From Thermodesulfobacteriota bacterium (GTDB lineage: Bacteria; Desulfobacterota; Desulfobaccia; Desulfobaccales; 0-14-0-80-60-11), in the NCBI GenBank assembly GCA_049322355.1, contig JBMORG010000027.1, positions 139,808 through 203,807 of the forward strand: a stretch of 64,000 bases of DNA. Reading direction: 5' to 3'. The notes below the pieces were generated by a model. It made no database searches. It was not told the origin of the DNA and was given only the letters and a program-made list of their open reading frames with translations. Below are positions 16,207 through 24,717 of the stretch, in pieces (the stretch's first letter is position 1; each line of letters opens with the position of its first letter). Both the position numbers and the translations under genes were made by a program.

Positions 16207-19200
16207 TTATCCCGCAGCCAGAGCCGTTTCCTGGGCAATGATCTGGGCGTCGGTAAAGTTTTTCAGGGTGATGGCTTTGGCCGGGCACTCCGAGGGGCAT
16301 ACGCCGCAGCCCTGGCACTTGGCCGGGTCAATATAAGCCGCGTCCACGGTATAGTCGATGACCGGCACGTTGAAGGGGCAGGCCCGGACACAGGTGAGGC
16401 AGACGGCGCACTTGTCCTGATCCACCACCGCCACGATACCGCCCACCTCCACCATGGCTTTGCCCAGGAAGGTGGCAGCCCGGCCGGCCGCAGCTTTGGC
16501 CTGGGCGATGGACTCGTCGATGGGCTTGGGATAATGGACCAGCCCCGCCAGGAACATGCCGTCGGAGGGCAAATCCACCGGGCGCAGCTTGGCGTGGGCC
16601 TCATTGAGGAAGCCCTCGGCGTTCCGGGGCACCTTGAAGATTTCCCCGATGTCCTCCACCGGGTTGGGCAGTATTGCGGAAGCCAGGGTCAGAAGGTCGG
16701 GCTTCAGAACCACCGGGCGGTCCAGGATGGGATCAGTGATGGTCAATTGAAGCTTGCCCTCAGCCGATTGTTCCACTTTGGGTTTGCTGTCCAGATCGAA
16801 GCGGATAAAAATCACGCCCAGCTCCCGGGCCTCTTTGTAGAGCAGTTCCTTTTCGCCGTAGGTGCGCAGATCCCGGTAAAGGATGAAGACATCCATGTCG
16901 GGTTTGAGGCGTTTGAGTTCGATGGCGCCTTCCACCGAGTGGGTGCAGCACAGGCGGCTGCAATATGGCCGCTGGGGCTCCCGGGAGCCCACGCACTGGA
17001 TGAACACCGCCTGATTGGCCCCCATGATCTTGGGGTCTTTGGCGGCGACCAGTTTGTCGAACTCGAAGGCTGTCATGACATTGGGGTTTTGGCCGTACAG
17101 ATACTCTTCCGGCTGATAGGCTTGTCCGCCCGTGGCCATGATGGTGACGCCGTGATCCAACTGGCGCTCGCCCGCGGGCGTCTGAATCACCGTGGAGAAG
17201 TTGCCGATGAAGCCGCTGGTGTCCTTGACCGTGGAGTTGAAGATGATTTCGATATTGGGATGGGTCTCCACCTTCTTGATGAGGTCTTCCAGGTAGCCCC
17301 GGTAGTTGTAGCCCCGGGCGCTGGTCACCAGGTTCCAGGCCTGGCCGCCCAATTTATCGCCCTTTTCAACCAGATAGGCCTGGAAGCCCATATCGGCGAT
17401 GGAACGGGCCGACTCCATGCCCGCGACGCCGCCGCCGATGACCAGGCCGGCTTTCTGCACCGGGAAGGCCTGCTTGTGTAAGGGTTCCAGCTGCACCACC
17501 CGGGCCACCGCGCCCCGCACCAGGTCCTTGGCTTTTTCCAGGGCCTTTTCCGGTTCGTGCATGTGCACCCAGGAGTCCTGGTCCCGGATGTTGGCCATCT
17601 CAAAGAGGTAGGGGTTGAGACCCACCTGCTGAATGGTCTCCTGGAACATGGGCATGTGGGTCCGGGGGCTGCAAGATGCCACCACTACCCGGTTGAGTTT
17701 GTGTTCCTGAATGGCCGCCAGGATCTTGTCCTGGGTGTCGGCGGAACAGGTGAACAGGTTCTGGTCGGCCAGGACCACTCCCGGCAGGGAAGCGGTATAC
17801 TCCGTAAGGGCCGGGACGTTGATGACCCCGCCGATGTTGATGCCGCAGTTGCAGACAAAGACGCCCACCCGGGGCTCCTGGCCGGCCACATCGATCTCCG
17901 GCGGCAGTTCCCGCTTTTTGATGGCCGTGCCCCGGGCCGCGTGGAGAAGCTCACCCGCAGCCGCAGCCGCGGCGGAGGCCTCCATGACCGACTGGGGAAT
18001 GTCCTTGGGAGCCTGGAAGACGCCGCAGACATAAACGCCTTCCTTGTTGGTGCTCACCGGGGTAAAGGGAGAGGTGTCGGCAAACCTGGTTTCGGTCTTG
18101 ATCTCAATGCCCATGGTTTTGGCCAGGTTCAAGGCATCCCGGGAGGATTCCAGGCCCACGGAGAGGACCACCATATCGAAGGTTTCCGTTTTCAGCTCGC
18201 CCTTCTCCGAGAGGTAGCGGATGGCCACATCATCGGTGCCCGGCACCTGGTCAATGGTGTGGACCCGGGAGCGCAGGAAGCGGACGCCGTGTTCCTGTTC
18301 GGCCCGCCAGTAATACTTCTCGAAGTCCTTGCCGTGGGTCCGCATGTCCATGAAGAAAATGGACGTATCCAGCGTATAGTCTTTGCAATGCTCTTTGGCG
18401 ATGACCGCCTGCTTGATGGCATACATGCAGCACACCGCCGAGCAGTAGCTGTTGTCGCAGTGGTTCAGGTCCCGGGAGCCCACGCACTGGAGCCAGGCGA
18501 TCTTCAGGGGCTCCTTGTGGTCCGAAGGCCGGACCAGGTGGCCGGCAAAAGGCCCGGAGGCGCTCAAGATGCGCTCGAATTCCAGGCTGGTGACCACGTT
18601 GGGGAAATTGGCATAGTGATAGGCTTCGTATTTCTTAGGGTCATAGACCTGGAAGCCCGGAGCCAGGATGACTGCGCCCACGTCCAACTCCACCTTCTCC
18701 GGTCCCAGTTCATGGGCTACCGCTTTCGCCTGGCAGGCCTGGGCGCACTGCATGCACTCGGAGCAAATGCCGCAGTTGATGCAGCGGGCCGCTTCCTCCA
18801 CAGCCTGCTCTTCGCTGTAGCCCAGGTTGATTTCCTTGAAGCCCTTGATCCATTCCTCCACCGGCAGGGTCTCCATGAGGGCCCGTTGTTTCTTCTGGAT
18901 ATCTTCCGGAATCCGGTTCCACTGGCCTTCTTCCTTGGGAATGGGCCGCACCGGCAATTCCCGGTCGGCTTTCAGGTCTTTGCCCTCAAGGTAGCGCTCA
19001 ATGGAAGTTGCGGCTTCCCGGCCTGCCGCCACTGCGGCGATGGCGATCCAGGGGCCGGTTTCCACGTCGCCGCCGGCAAAGACACCTTCGCGAGAGGTGG
19101 CCTTGGTGACCGGGTCGGTTTCGATGAGTCCCCGGGGGGTCAGCTTGAGGCCGTCGGCTTCGGTGATGAACTTCAGGTCGGTCTTCTGGCCGATGGCCAT

Positions 19201-20679
19201 GATGACTATGTCGGCATCCTGGGTGGTGGTTTTATCTTCAAAGTAGGTGGGGGAGAACCGTCCCTGCTCGTCGAAGACCCGCTCCACCGCCTTGAGGGTG
19301 AGCCCGGTTACCTTGCCGCCCGCGGCGTTGATTTCTTTGACGCCCCAGCGGTTAATGACCGTGACACCCTCGTGCTCGGCCTCTTCCACTTCCCACGAGG
19401 AGGCAGGCATCTCTTCCCGGGTCTCCAGGCAGATGAGGGTGATGTTCCCTCCCTGGCGCCGGGCGGTGCGGGCCACGTCCATGGCCACGTTGCCGCCGCC
19501 GATGACCACCACTTTTTTGCCGCTGAAATCGAACTTCTTGCCTGAGGTGGAATCCTTCAAGTATTCCACGCCCCAGAGCACGCCCTGGGCGTCAGACCCT
19601 GGCACCGGCAGGCGGATGGAGTCCTGAGCCCCCACACCCACAAACACGGCGCTGAAGCCGTCCCGGGTGAGGAGATCGTTGATGGTGCGGTCGCCGCCGA
19701 TGGGGGAGTTGTAGTGGATTTCCACGCCGCAGCGCTTGATGTAGTCCACTTCCCGGTCCAGGACTTCCCGGGGCAGCCGATATTCCGGGATGCCGTAGCG
19801 CAGCCAGCCGCCCGCAGCGGGCGCGGCCTCAAAGATCACCGGTTTAAAGCCTTTCAGGGCCAGGTGGTAGGCGCAGCTTAACCCGGAAGGGCCGGCGCCG
19901 ATGATGGCCACCGACTGGCTCTTTTTGGGCGCCTCCGGCACCGGCAGGGCGCTCCAGTCCACCGCGTCCGCCACAAAGCGCTTCAGGTTGCAGATGGCAA
20001 TGGGCTCATCCACGTCCTGGCGGCGGCAGTCGGTCTCGCAGGGGTGGGGGCAGATGCGGCCGATGGTCCCCGGCAGGGGCAGCCGGTCCATGATCAGGGC
20101 CAGGGCCTCAGGGTACTTGTGTTCCTTGATGAGCTGCACATAGCCCTGGGCGCTCAAGTTGGCAGGACAGGCCCTTACGCAGGGGGCCCGGTCCGCCTTC
20201 TTGATGGCGAAGGTGGCGGGAATGGCCTGGGGATAGAGGCGGTAAACGGCCTTGCCTTCGGCCAGCCCCAGGTTGAACTCGTCGGGCACCCGCACCGGGC
20301 AGACCTCAGCACAGGTCCCGCAGCCGGTGCACTTGGCAGGGTCAATGTAGCGGGGTTCTTTTTCCACGCTGACCTTGAAATTCCCCGGCGTGCCGGCGAT
20401 GGCCTTCACTTCCGACAGGGTGTGGATTTGAATGTTCAGGTGCCGGCCGCATTCCACCAACTTGGGGGAAATGATGCACATGGAGCAGTCATTGGTGGGG
20501 AAGGTCTTGTCCAACTGGGCCATAACCCCGCCGATGGCCGACTTGTTTTCCACCAAATGGACATAAAAGCCAGAATTAGCCAGGTCCAGGGCTGCCTGCA
20601 CCCCGGCGATCCCGGCGCCGATCACCATAACTTGACCTACTGGACCTTGTGTTTCGGCTGCCATAAATATACCTTCCAT
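16207..20679 (-). CDS. hdrL: Giant HdrA-type fusion (HdrL-like): HdrA module interrupted by a GltD/NfnB-like NAD(P)H oxidoreductase module, followed by a second HdrA module
   Basis: 1490 aa. Motifs: VIGAGIAGVQAALDLA, FPTNDCSMC and CTGCGTCAEVCP (HdrA); CPHPCETDCRR, IIGAGPSGL, VVVIGGGNVAMD and FAGGD (GltD/NfnB-like, aa about 165-565); WLQCVGSRD...CSAVCC; second FAD module VIGGGVAGM...FIQCVGSRE...CSRLCC; C-terminal 2x[4Fe-4S]. The start could instead be ATG 20664. Confidence 0.9.
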   Translation of the reverse strand: MEGIFMAAETQGPVGQVMVIGAGIAGVQAALDLANSGFYVHLVENKSAIGGVMAQLDKTFPTNDCSMCIISPKLVECGRHLNIQIHTLSEVKAIAGTPGNFKVSVEKEPRYIDPAKCTGCGTCAEVCPVRVPDEFNLGLAEGKAVYRLYPQAIPATFAIKKADRAPCVRACPANLSAQGYVQLIKEHKYPEALALIMDRLPLPGTIGRICPHPCETDCRRQDVDEPIAICNLKRFVADAVDWSALPVPEAPKKSQSVAIIGAGPSGLSCAYHLALKGFKPVIFEAAPAAGGWLRYGIPEYRLPREVLDREVDYIKRCGVEIHYNSPIGGDRTINDLLTRDGFSAVFVGVGAQDSIRLPVPGSDAQGVLWGVEYLKDSTSGKKFDFSGKKVVVIGGGNVAMDVARTARRQGGNITLICLETREEMPASSWEVEEAEHEGVTVINRWGVKEINAAGGKVTGLTLKAVERVFDEQGRFSPTYFEDKTTTQDADIVIMAIGQKTDLKFITEADGLKLTPRGLIETDPVTKATSREGVFAGGDVETGPWIAIAAVAAGREAATSIERYLEGKDLKADRELPVRPIPKEEGQWNRIPEDIQKKQRALMETLPVEEWIKGFKEINLGYSEEQAVEEAARCINCGICSECMQCAQACQAKAVAHELGPEKVELDVGAVILAPGFQVYDPKKYEAYHYANFPNVVTSLEFERILSASGPFAGHLVRPSDHKEPLKIAWLQCVGSRDLNHCDNSYCSAVCCMYAIKQAVIAKEHCKDYTLDTSIFFMDMRTHGKDFEKYYWRAEQEHGVRFLRSRVHTIDQVPGTDDVAIRYLSEKGELKTETFDMVVLSVGLESSRDALNLAKTMGIEIKTETRFADTSPFTPVSTNKEGVYVCGVFQAPKDIPQSVMEASAAAAAAGELLHAARGTAIKKRELPPEIDVAGQEPRVGVFVCNCGINIGGVINVPALTEYTASLPGVVLADQNLFTCSADTQDKILAAIQEHKLNRVVVASCSPRTHMPMFQETIQQVGLNPYLFEMANIRDQDSWVHMHEPEKALEKAKDLVRGAVARVVQLEPLHKQAFPVQKAGLVIGGGVAGMESARSIADMGFQAYLVEKGDKLGGQAWNLVTSARGYNYRGYLEDLIKKVETHPNIEIIFNSTVKDTSGFIGNFSTVIQTPAGERQLDHGVTIMATGGQAYQPEEYLYGQNPNVMTAFEFDKLVAAKDPKIMGANQAVFIQCVGSREPQRPYCSRLCCTHSVEGAIELKRLKPDMDVFILYRDLRTYGEKELLYKEARELGVIFIRFDLDSKPKVEQSAEGKLQLTITDPILDRPVVLKPDLLTLASAILPNPVEDIGEIFKVPRNAEGFLNEAHAKLRPVDLPSDGMFLAGLVHYPKPIDESIAQAKAAAGRAATFLGKAMVEVGGIVAVVDQDKCAVCLTCVRACPFNVPVIDYTVDAAYIDPAKCQGCGVCPSECPAKAITLKNFTDAQIIAQETALAAG

Positions 20680-20923
20680 TTACTCAGGATATTTATATTT
20701 TATAACAAATTTTGTGCAGATATTGTGAAATTACCCACTAGTCCATCCTAAAAGATAATGTTCAATATGTCAAGAGAGAATGAAAACTCTTGCTGCCAGG
20801 CAAACTGTTGTCCCCTATCTTGATTAGGGCCGGAAAATGCTTAAGATTATGACAACTGCATCTTCCGGCCCGAGGAAAAAAAGTAGCAAGGCTATACTTC
20901 TAATACCATTTTGCAGTCGAATG

Positions 20924-20972
20924 GTGGCACAGGCGTCTAGCCTGTGCAGCGCAGGCTAAAGCCTGCGGCTAC
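20924..20972 (+). repeat. Double-hairpin element GTGGCACAGGCGTCTAGCCTGTGCAGCGCAGGCTAAAGCCTGCGGCTACC (family 3, copy 1)
   Basis: Two adjacent hairpins (CACAGGC/GCCTGTG and GCAGGC/GCCTGC). Flanked by outer inverted arms TTGCAGTCGA (20911) and TTGACTGCAA (20986). Confidence 0.8.
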
Positions 20973-21051
20973 CAAAAATAGCCCTTTGACTGCAACTCGG
21001 TATGATGGGGCAAAAAGGGACAGGACATGGCTGCCATATCTGTTAGTGCAA

Positions 21052-21113
21052 GTGGCACAGGCCTCTGGCCTGTGAAAGGCAGGATATGACCGCACATCAG
21101 AGGCCTGTGCCAC
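21052..21113 (+). repeat. Family 3 copy 2: GTGGCACAGGCC...GGCCTGTGCCAC long palindrome
   Basis: gtggcacaggcctctggcctgtgaaaggcagg...cagaggcctgtgccac; the terminal 12-nt arms are perfect inverted repeats. Confidence 0.8.
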
Positions 21114-21140
21114 TTAGATATTTGTGATTAAGAAAGTATA

Positions 21141-21162
21141 GGACAGCCGCCCTCGGCTGTCC
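21141..21162. repeat. GC hairpin GGACAGCCGCCCTCGGCTGTCC
   Basis: Inverted arms GGACAGCCG/CGGCTGTCC in the hdrL/DUF169 divergent spacer. Confidence 0.7.
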
Positions 21163-21220
21163 GGAGGTGTAGGGGAGGCACTGCCCGCCGGCTTCTTTTT
21201 GCGAAAGTTGTTGAGGTTTT

Positions 21221-21279
21221 GTGGCACAGGGTTGTAACCTGTGCAGCACAGGCCGAAGGCGGGCACGGAGGCCCGCCCC
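21221..21279 (+). repeat. Family 3 copy 3 fused to a GGCGGGCACGGAGGCCCGCC hairpin
   Basis: gtggcacagggttgtaacctgtgcagcacaggccgaaggcgggcacggaggcccgcccc. The 3' hairpin is the reverse complement of the one at 29786-29806. Confidence 0.8.
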
Positions 21280-21364
21280 ACCGGATTCTTCATTGTTTTG
21301 AGAGAGTCGCGGGCTCGTGAGCGACTATTCCAATTGATATAGGCGATATGAGGAGATAAAATTA

Positions 21365-22204
21365 ATGATTCCCTTATCCGATATCCAGGCGGCAGTGCCG
21401 GGTTTTCTGGAAATCCTGGGCCTTACGGAGGAACCCCTGGGGATGTTGTATGCCTCCGTGGAGCCCGCCGAAGGCTTCTCACCCCAGAGTGCTGTTTTGC
21501 CCAGCGTGGATATGGAAGCCCGGGGTGAAGTGGATTGGGCTGCGACCTTTCAGAATTTTTCCTGCGTCATTAGCCATATCTGGCGGGCGCGCAAGTTGGG
21601 CAAGCCCGCCTTCTTCCACCAGGCCCGCTTCGGCTGCCTGGGGGGCGCCTTTTACCTGGGCTTTTTAAAACCGCAACTGGACTTCATCGTGCATTACGTC
21701 TCCACCGGCATCCCCAACGTCCTGGAAGGGGAGTGCTACCTGGATTCCCCCGCGGCCGTCCGCCGCTTCTTTGAAACCGTGGACCCGCGGCCGGCGCCGG
21801 CGCCCTTCTGTGTGTTCAAGGCCTTGAGCCAATTCACCCCCGAGGAGACCCCGGAAGTGGTGATCTTTTTTGCCCGGGGGGAGGTCATCGGCGGCCTCAA
21901 TCAGTTGGCCACCTTCGTCACCAACGACTTCGAGGCGGTGATGTCCCCCTTCGGCGCCGGGTGCTCCAATATCGTGACCTGGCCCTTGAAATACCTGGAA
22001 CAGGGGCGGCTGAAGGCGGTTCTAGGGGGCTGGGACCCATCCGACCGGCGGTTCTTGAAGCCTGATGAAATCACCTTTGCGGTGCCCTGGGAGATGTTCA
22101 CCAGGATGATTGAGCGCTACCGGGACTCCTTCCTCACTAAACCCACCTGGGCATTAGTCCGCAAAAAGATCGAACTGAGCCGCAAGGTATGGAAGGAGAA
22201 GTAA
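21365..22204 (+). CDS. Hypothetical protein, DUF169 (COG2043)-like
   Basis: 279 aa with a good SD (GAGGAG, 9 nt). The FGCLGGAFYLGF region and the size recall DUF169. This assignment is from memory and is not certain. Confidence 0.55.
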   Translation: MIPLSDIQAAVPGFLEILGLTEEPLGMLYASVEPAEGFSPQSAVLPSVDMEARGEVDWAATFQNFSCVISHIWRARKLGKPAFFHQARFGCLGGAFYLGFLKPQLDFIVHYVSTGIPNVLEGECYLDSPAAVRRFFETVDPRPAPAPFCVFKALSQFTPEETPEVVIFFARGEVIGGLNQLATFVTNDFEAVMSPFGAGCSNIVTWPLKYLEQGRLKAVLGGWDPSDRRFLKPDEITFAVPWEMFTRMIERYRDSFLTKPTWALVRKKIELSRKVWKEK

Positions 22205-22244
22205 GAAAAGTTATCTATGATAGCTTCGTAAAAAGTCAAAAATT

Positions 22245-22347
22245 TCCTCCCCCTTGATGGGGGAGGGTAGGGTGGGGGTGAAATAATTTGCATCTTTGAA
22301 CAGTTATATTCCCCCCTCCCCTTAATCCCCTCCCACCAGGGGAGGGG
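22245..22347 (+). repeat. Family 1 bipartite element, copy 2
   Basis: TCCTCCCCCTTGATGGGGGAGGGTAGGGTGGGGGTGA ... CCCCCCTCCCCTTAATCCCCTCCCACCAGGGGAGGGG. Flanked by an outer imperfect inverted repeat (GTAAAAAG 22228 / CTTTTTAC 22352). Confidence 0.85.
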
Positions 22348-22445
22348 AAAAACCTTTTTACAAGTTCATCAATCTTTAGGGGAGGGGCTAGGGGCCAGGA
22401 CCCCCGTCACCCTCCCCTTCGTCCACATCCTGGCCCTCCCAAAAC

Positions 22446-22838
22446 CTAAGCGCGCCACTCTTTCTTCACGGCAATGGCGTCGATCTCCACAGAGACATTC
22501 TTGGCCAGACCTGCGGCTTGAATGGTAGTGCGGGCCGGCGGGTGCTGGGGGAAGAACTCACCGTAAGCCCGGTTCATCTCAGGGAAATCGGCCATATCCG
22601 CCAAATAGACCGTGGTCTTTACTACATCTTTCAAGGTCAGACCCACCGCCGCCAAAATGGCTTTGAGGTTCGCAATCACCTGGACCGTTTGCACCACAAT
22701 GTCCCCTTCTACCAAACGGCCCTTCGCATCCATGGGGATTTGTCCGGAGATGAACACAAAGGGACCGGCGGCCAGGGCCTGGGTATAGGGGCCGACCGGG
22801 ACCGGGGCTTGATCCGTTTCAATGACAATTTTCTTCAT
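22446..22838 (-). CDS. ridA: RidA/YjgF family reactive-intermediate (enamine/imine) deaminase
   Basis: 130 aa. APVPVGPYTQA...FISGQIP and TTVYL...F..MN..Y..FF motifs. Confidence 0.9.
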   Translation of the reverse strand: MKKIVIETDQAPVPVGPYTQALAAGPFVFISGQIPMDAKGRLVEGDIVVQTVQVIANLKAILAAVGLTLKDVVKTTVYLADMADFPEMNRAYGEFFPQHPPARTTIQAAGLAKNVSVEIDAIAVKKEWRA

Positions 22839-22962
22839 ATTCGATTCCTCCTGCCTGCAAATTTTCCGGCTGGGTCAGGGGCAAAGCCGCCCCGACAACA
22901 TAAAAGTCTTGAAGATTCGTTAACGTTTTGTTAATGGTAGGGTAAAACACTGGAGGCGAACG

Positions 22963-23259
22963 ATGGGGTTGTGGTTGAAGTGCCCGGGGTGCCAAGCGTC
23001 AAATCCCCTCTCATTAAAGGTCTGCCCCAATTGCGGGCAAGACCTGACCAGGCTTTCCGCAGACCAGCGGGTTTACGTAATCGGGCCGGCAATAGTGGCC
23101 CCGCCGGCGCCATCTCCATCACCTGCCACGGCAGCAGTCCCGGCCGCGCCTGAGCCCATGCCAGCTGCCGCCGCTCCACCAAGCCCGCCGTCACCTGAGG
23201 CGGAAACGCCCCCGAAGGCCAACAAGAAGCCCAAAAAGGCGAAAAAAAAGAAGAGCTAG
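22963..23259 (+). CDS. Hypothetical zinc-ribbon protein with Pro/Ala-rich linker and poly-Lys tail
   Basis: CPGC-x13-CPNC at the N-terminus, about 45 aa of P/A/S low complexity, and C-terminal KANKKPKKAKKKKS. No family recognised. Confidence 0.5.
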   Translation: MGLWLKCPGCQASNPLSLKVCPNCGQDLTRLSADQRVYVIGPAIVAPPAPSPSPATAAVPAAPEPMPAAAAPPSPPSPEAETPPKANKKPKKAKKKKS

Positions 23260-23266
23260 CTGCCCG

Positions 23267-24100
23267 TTAGGAACCTTCCTGCATCACTCCCAGCAACAAC
23301 TCCACCAGTTGGGGTTCTGCTTGGGATACCGTGTCGATGATGGCCTCAATGGCGATGGGGGCCATGGCATCCGGGAGATTGAGGTTGCTGATCACTGAGA
23401 TTCCCAGGACCCGGAGACCGGCATGCACGGCGGCGATGGCTTCCGGCACCGTGGACATGCCCACCGCATCTGCCCCGGCCAGCCGCAAAAGTCTGGTCTC
23501 GGCCGGGGTCTCCAGGCTGGGGCCCTTGACCGCCACGTACACCCCCTGGCGCAGCCCGATTCCCAGACGGCGGGCCACCCGCTCGGTCACATCCCGCAAG
23601 CCACGATCGTAAACCTGGCTCAAATCGGGGAAGCGGGGGCCCCAGGCGTCGATGTTGTTTCCCACCAAGGGATTGTCCCCGATAAAATTGATGTGGTCGG
23701 TGATGAGCATCAGTTCCCCGGCCTTGAACAGGGGGTTAAGGCCGCCCGCGGCATTGGTCAGCACCAGGGTCTTGACCCCCAGGCCCGCCAACACCCGCAC
23801 CGGAAAGGTCACCTGGCGCAGGGAATAACCTTCATAGGCATGGAACCGGCCTTGGCAAAGTACGACTTGCTTGTCGGCCAGGCGTCCCCAGCAGAGGCGT
23901 CCGGCATGGCTGGGACTGGTAGCCTGGGGAAAATGGGGCAGCTCCTGATAGGAGAGGCAGTCTCCATTTTCCAGCCGGGAGCTCCAACCCTTCTGGCCGG
24001 TCCCCAAGACGATTCCCCATTCGGGAGCAACCGGGAGGTGCGGGGCCAGAAACCGGACGCATTCCTCCACCTGGGCCTGATAGGATCCGATCACAACCAC
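23267..24100 (-). CDS. punA: Purine nucleoside phosphorylase (PNP family I, PunA-type)
   Basis: GRFHAYEGYSLRQVTFPVRVLAGLGVKTLVLTNAAGGLNP closely resembles the PunA/PNP-I core. Also VGMSTVPE. Confidence 0.9.
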   Translation of the reverse strand: MVVIGSYQAQVEECVRFLAPHLPVAPEWGIVLGTGQKGWSSRLENGDCLSYQELPHFPQATSPSHAGRLCWGRLADKQVVLCQGRFHAYEGYSLRQVTFPVRVLAGLGVKTLVLTNAAGGLNPLFKAGELMLITDHINFIGDNPLVGNNIDAWGPRFPDLSQVYDRGLRDVTERVARRLGIGLRQGVYVAVKGPSLETPAETRLLRLAGADAVGMSTVPEAIAAVHAGLRVLGISVISNLNLPDAMAPIAIEAIIDTVSQAEPQLVELLLGVMQEGS

Positions 24101-24195
24101 CTCCTATTCGGATGCGATACAAAGTTATATAAGCATAAGTCGCGATCCCCGGTTCGTCAATGACTGGAAGTTTCGGGGAGGTTTTCGCTTTATCC

Positions 24196-24224
24196 TTGAC
24201 AGTTTCCCCCTTTACCTTAAAAAT
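24196..24224 (+). promoter_or_regulatory. Candidate sigma70 promoter for the DUF134 gene
   Basis: TTGACA (24196-24201), 16-17 nt spacer, then TAAAAAT. It lies 25-30 nt upstream of the SD and ATG at 24250. Confidence 0.35.
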
Positions 24225-24249
24225 AAAGCATTACGGCGAGGTAGGAAAG

Positions 24250-24663
24250 ATGGGTAGACCCAAAAAGTGCCGATGGGTGGAAACCGAGCCGGGGGTAACC
24301 TTTTTTAAGCCCCGGGGCATTCCTCTTAGATCCCTGCAGCAGATAGTGATTACGGTGGACGAACTGGAGGCCATGCGCCTGGCCGACTTTCTGGAGTTGA
24401 CCCAGGAAGAGGTGGCCCAAAGAATGCAAGTTTCCAGACCCACAGTGACTCGGATGTTGTCCCGGGCCCATAGGGCGGTGGCCGAAGCCCTGGTACACGG
24501 CAAGGCCATTTGCATCGAGGGGGGAGATTATCGCGTCGGACAGCATTGTCAGTCCTGCGGGCAATGGTCCGTTTTGGGGGAGGAGGGCGCAGTCCCCGAA
24601 GGATGCGCTTGCCGGGATTCCGAAGCCGAGGAGACCCAGTCGGACCCAAGCAAGAAATTGTAA
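24250..24663 (+). CDS. DUF134 (UPF0251) predicted DNA-binding protein with extra C-terminal Cys cluster
   Basis: MGRPKKCRWVETEPGVTFFKPRGIP is the DUF134 N-terminal signature, followed by a sigma70-r4-like HTH (LTQEEVAQRMQVSRPTV). The track start at 24160 lacks an SD. Confidence 0.75.
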   Translation: MGRPKKCRWVETEPGVTFFKPRGIPLRSLQQIVITVDELEAMRLADFLELTQEEVAQRMQVSRPTVTRMLSRAHRAVAEALVHGKAICIEGGDYRVGQHCQSCGQWSVLGEEGAVPEGCACRDSEAEETQSDPSKKL

Positions 24664-24717
24664 GATCCAGCCTTTCCAGATCTTGGCCGGTACGCCTTTG
24701 AAGGGGAGACAAAGGGG

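Noticed and set aside
17557-19545. 662-aa ORF antisense to hdrL, plus the 16534..17481 and 20044..20751 ORFs
   Set aside because: They lie opposite a continuous 1490-aa gene with many conserved Fe-S and FAD motifs. They have no motifs of their own.
21221-21240. Sigma54 promoter (TGGCAC -24 box) within family 3 elements
   Set aside because: No TTGC -12 element at the required GG-N10-GC spacing in any copy (TGGCACAGGGTTGTAA, TGGCACAGGCGTCTAG). The TGGCAC is more simply part of the repeat consensus.
20900-21300. Possible CRISPR array suggested by recurring GTGGCACAGG hairpins
   Set aside because: The repeats are not identical in length or sequence, the spacing is irregular (about 80-110 bp with further palindromes between), there is no leader, and no cas genes are in the window.
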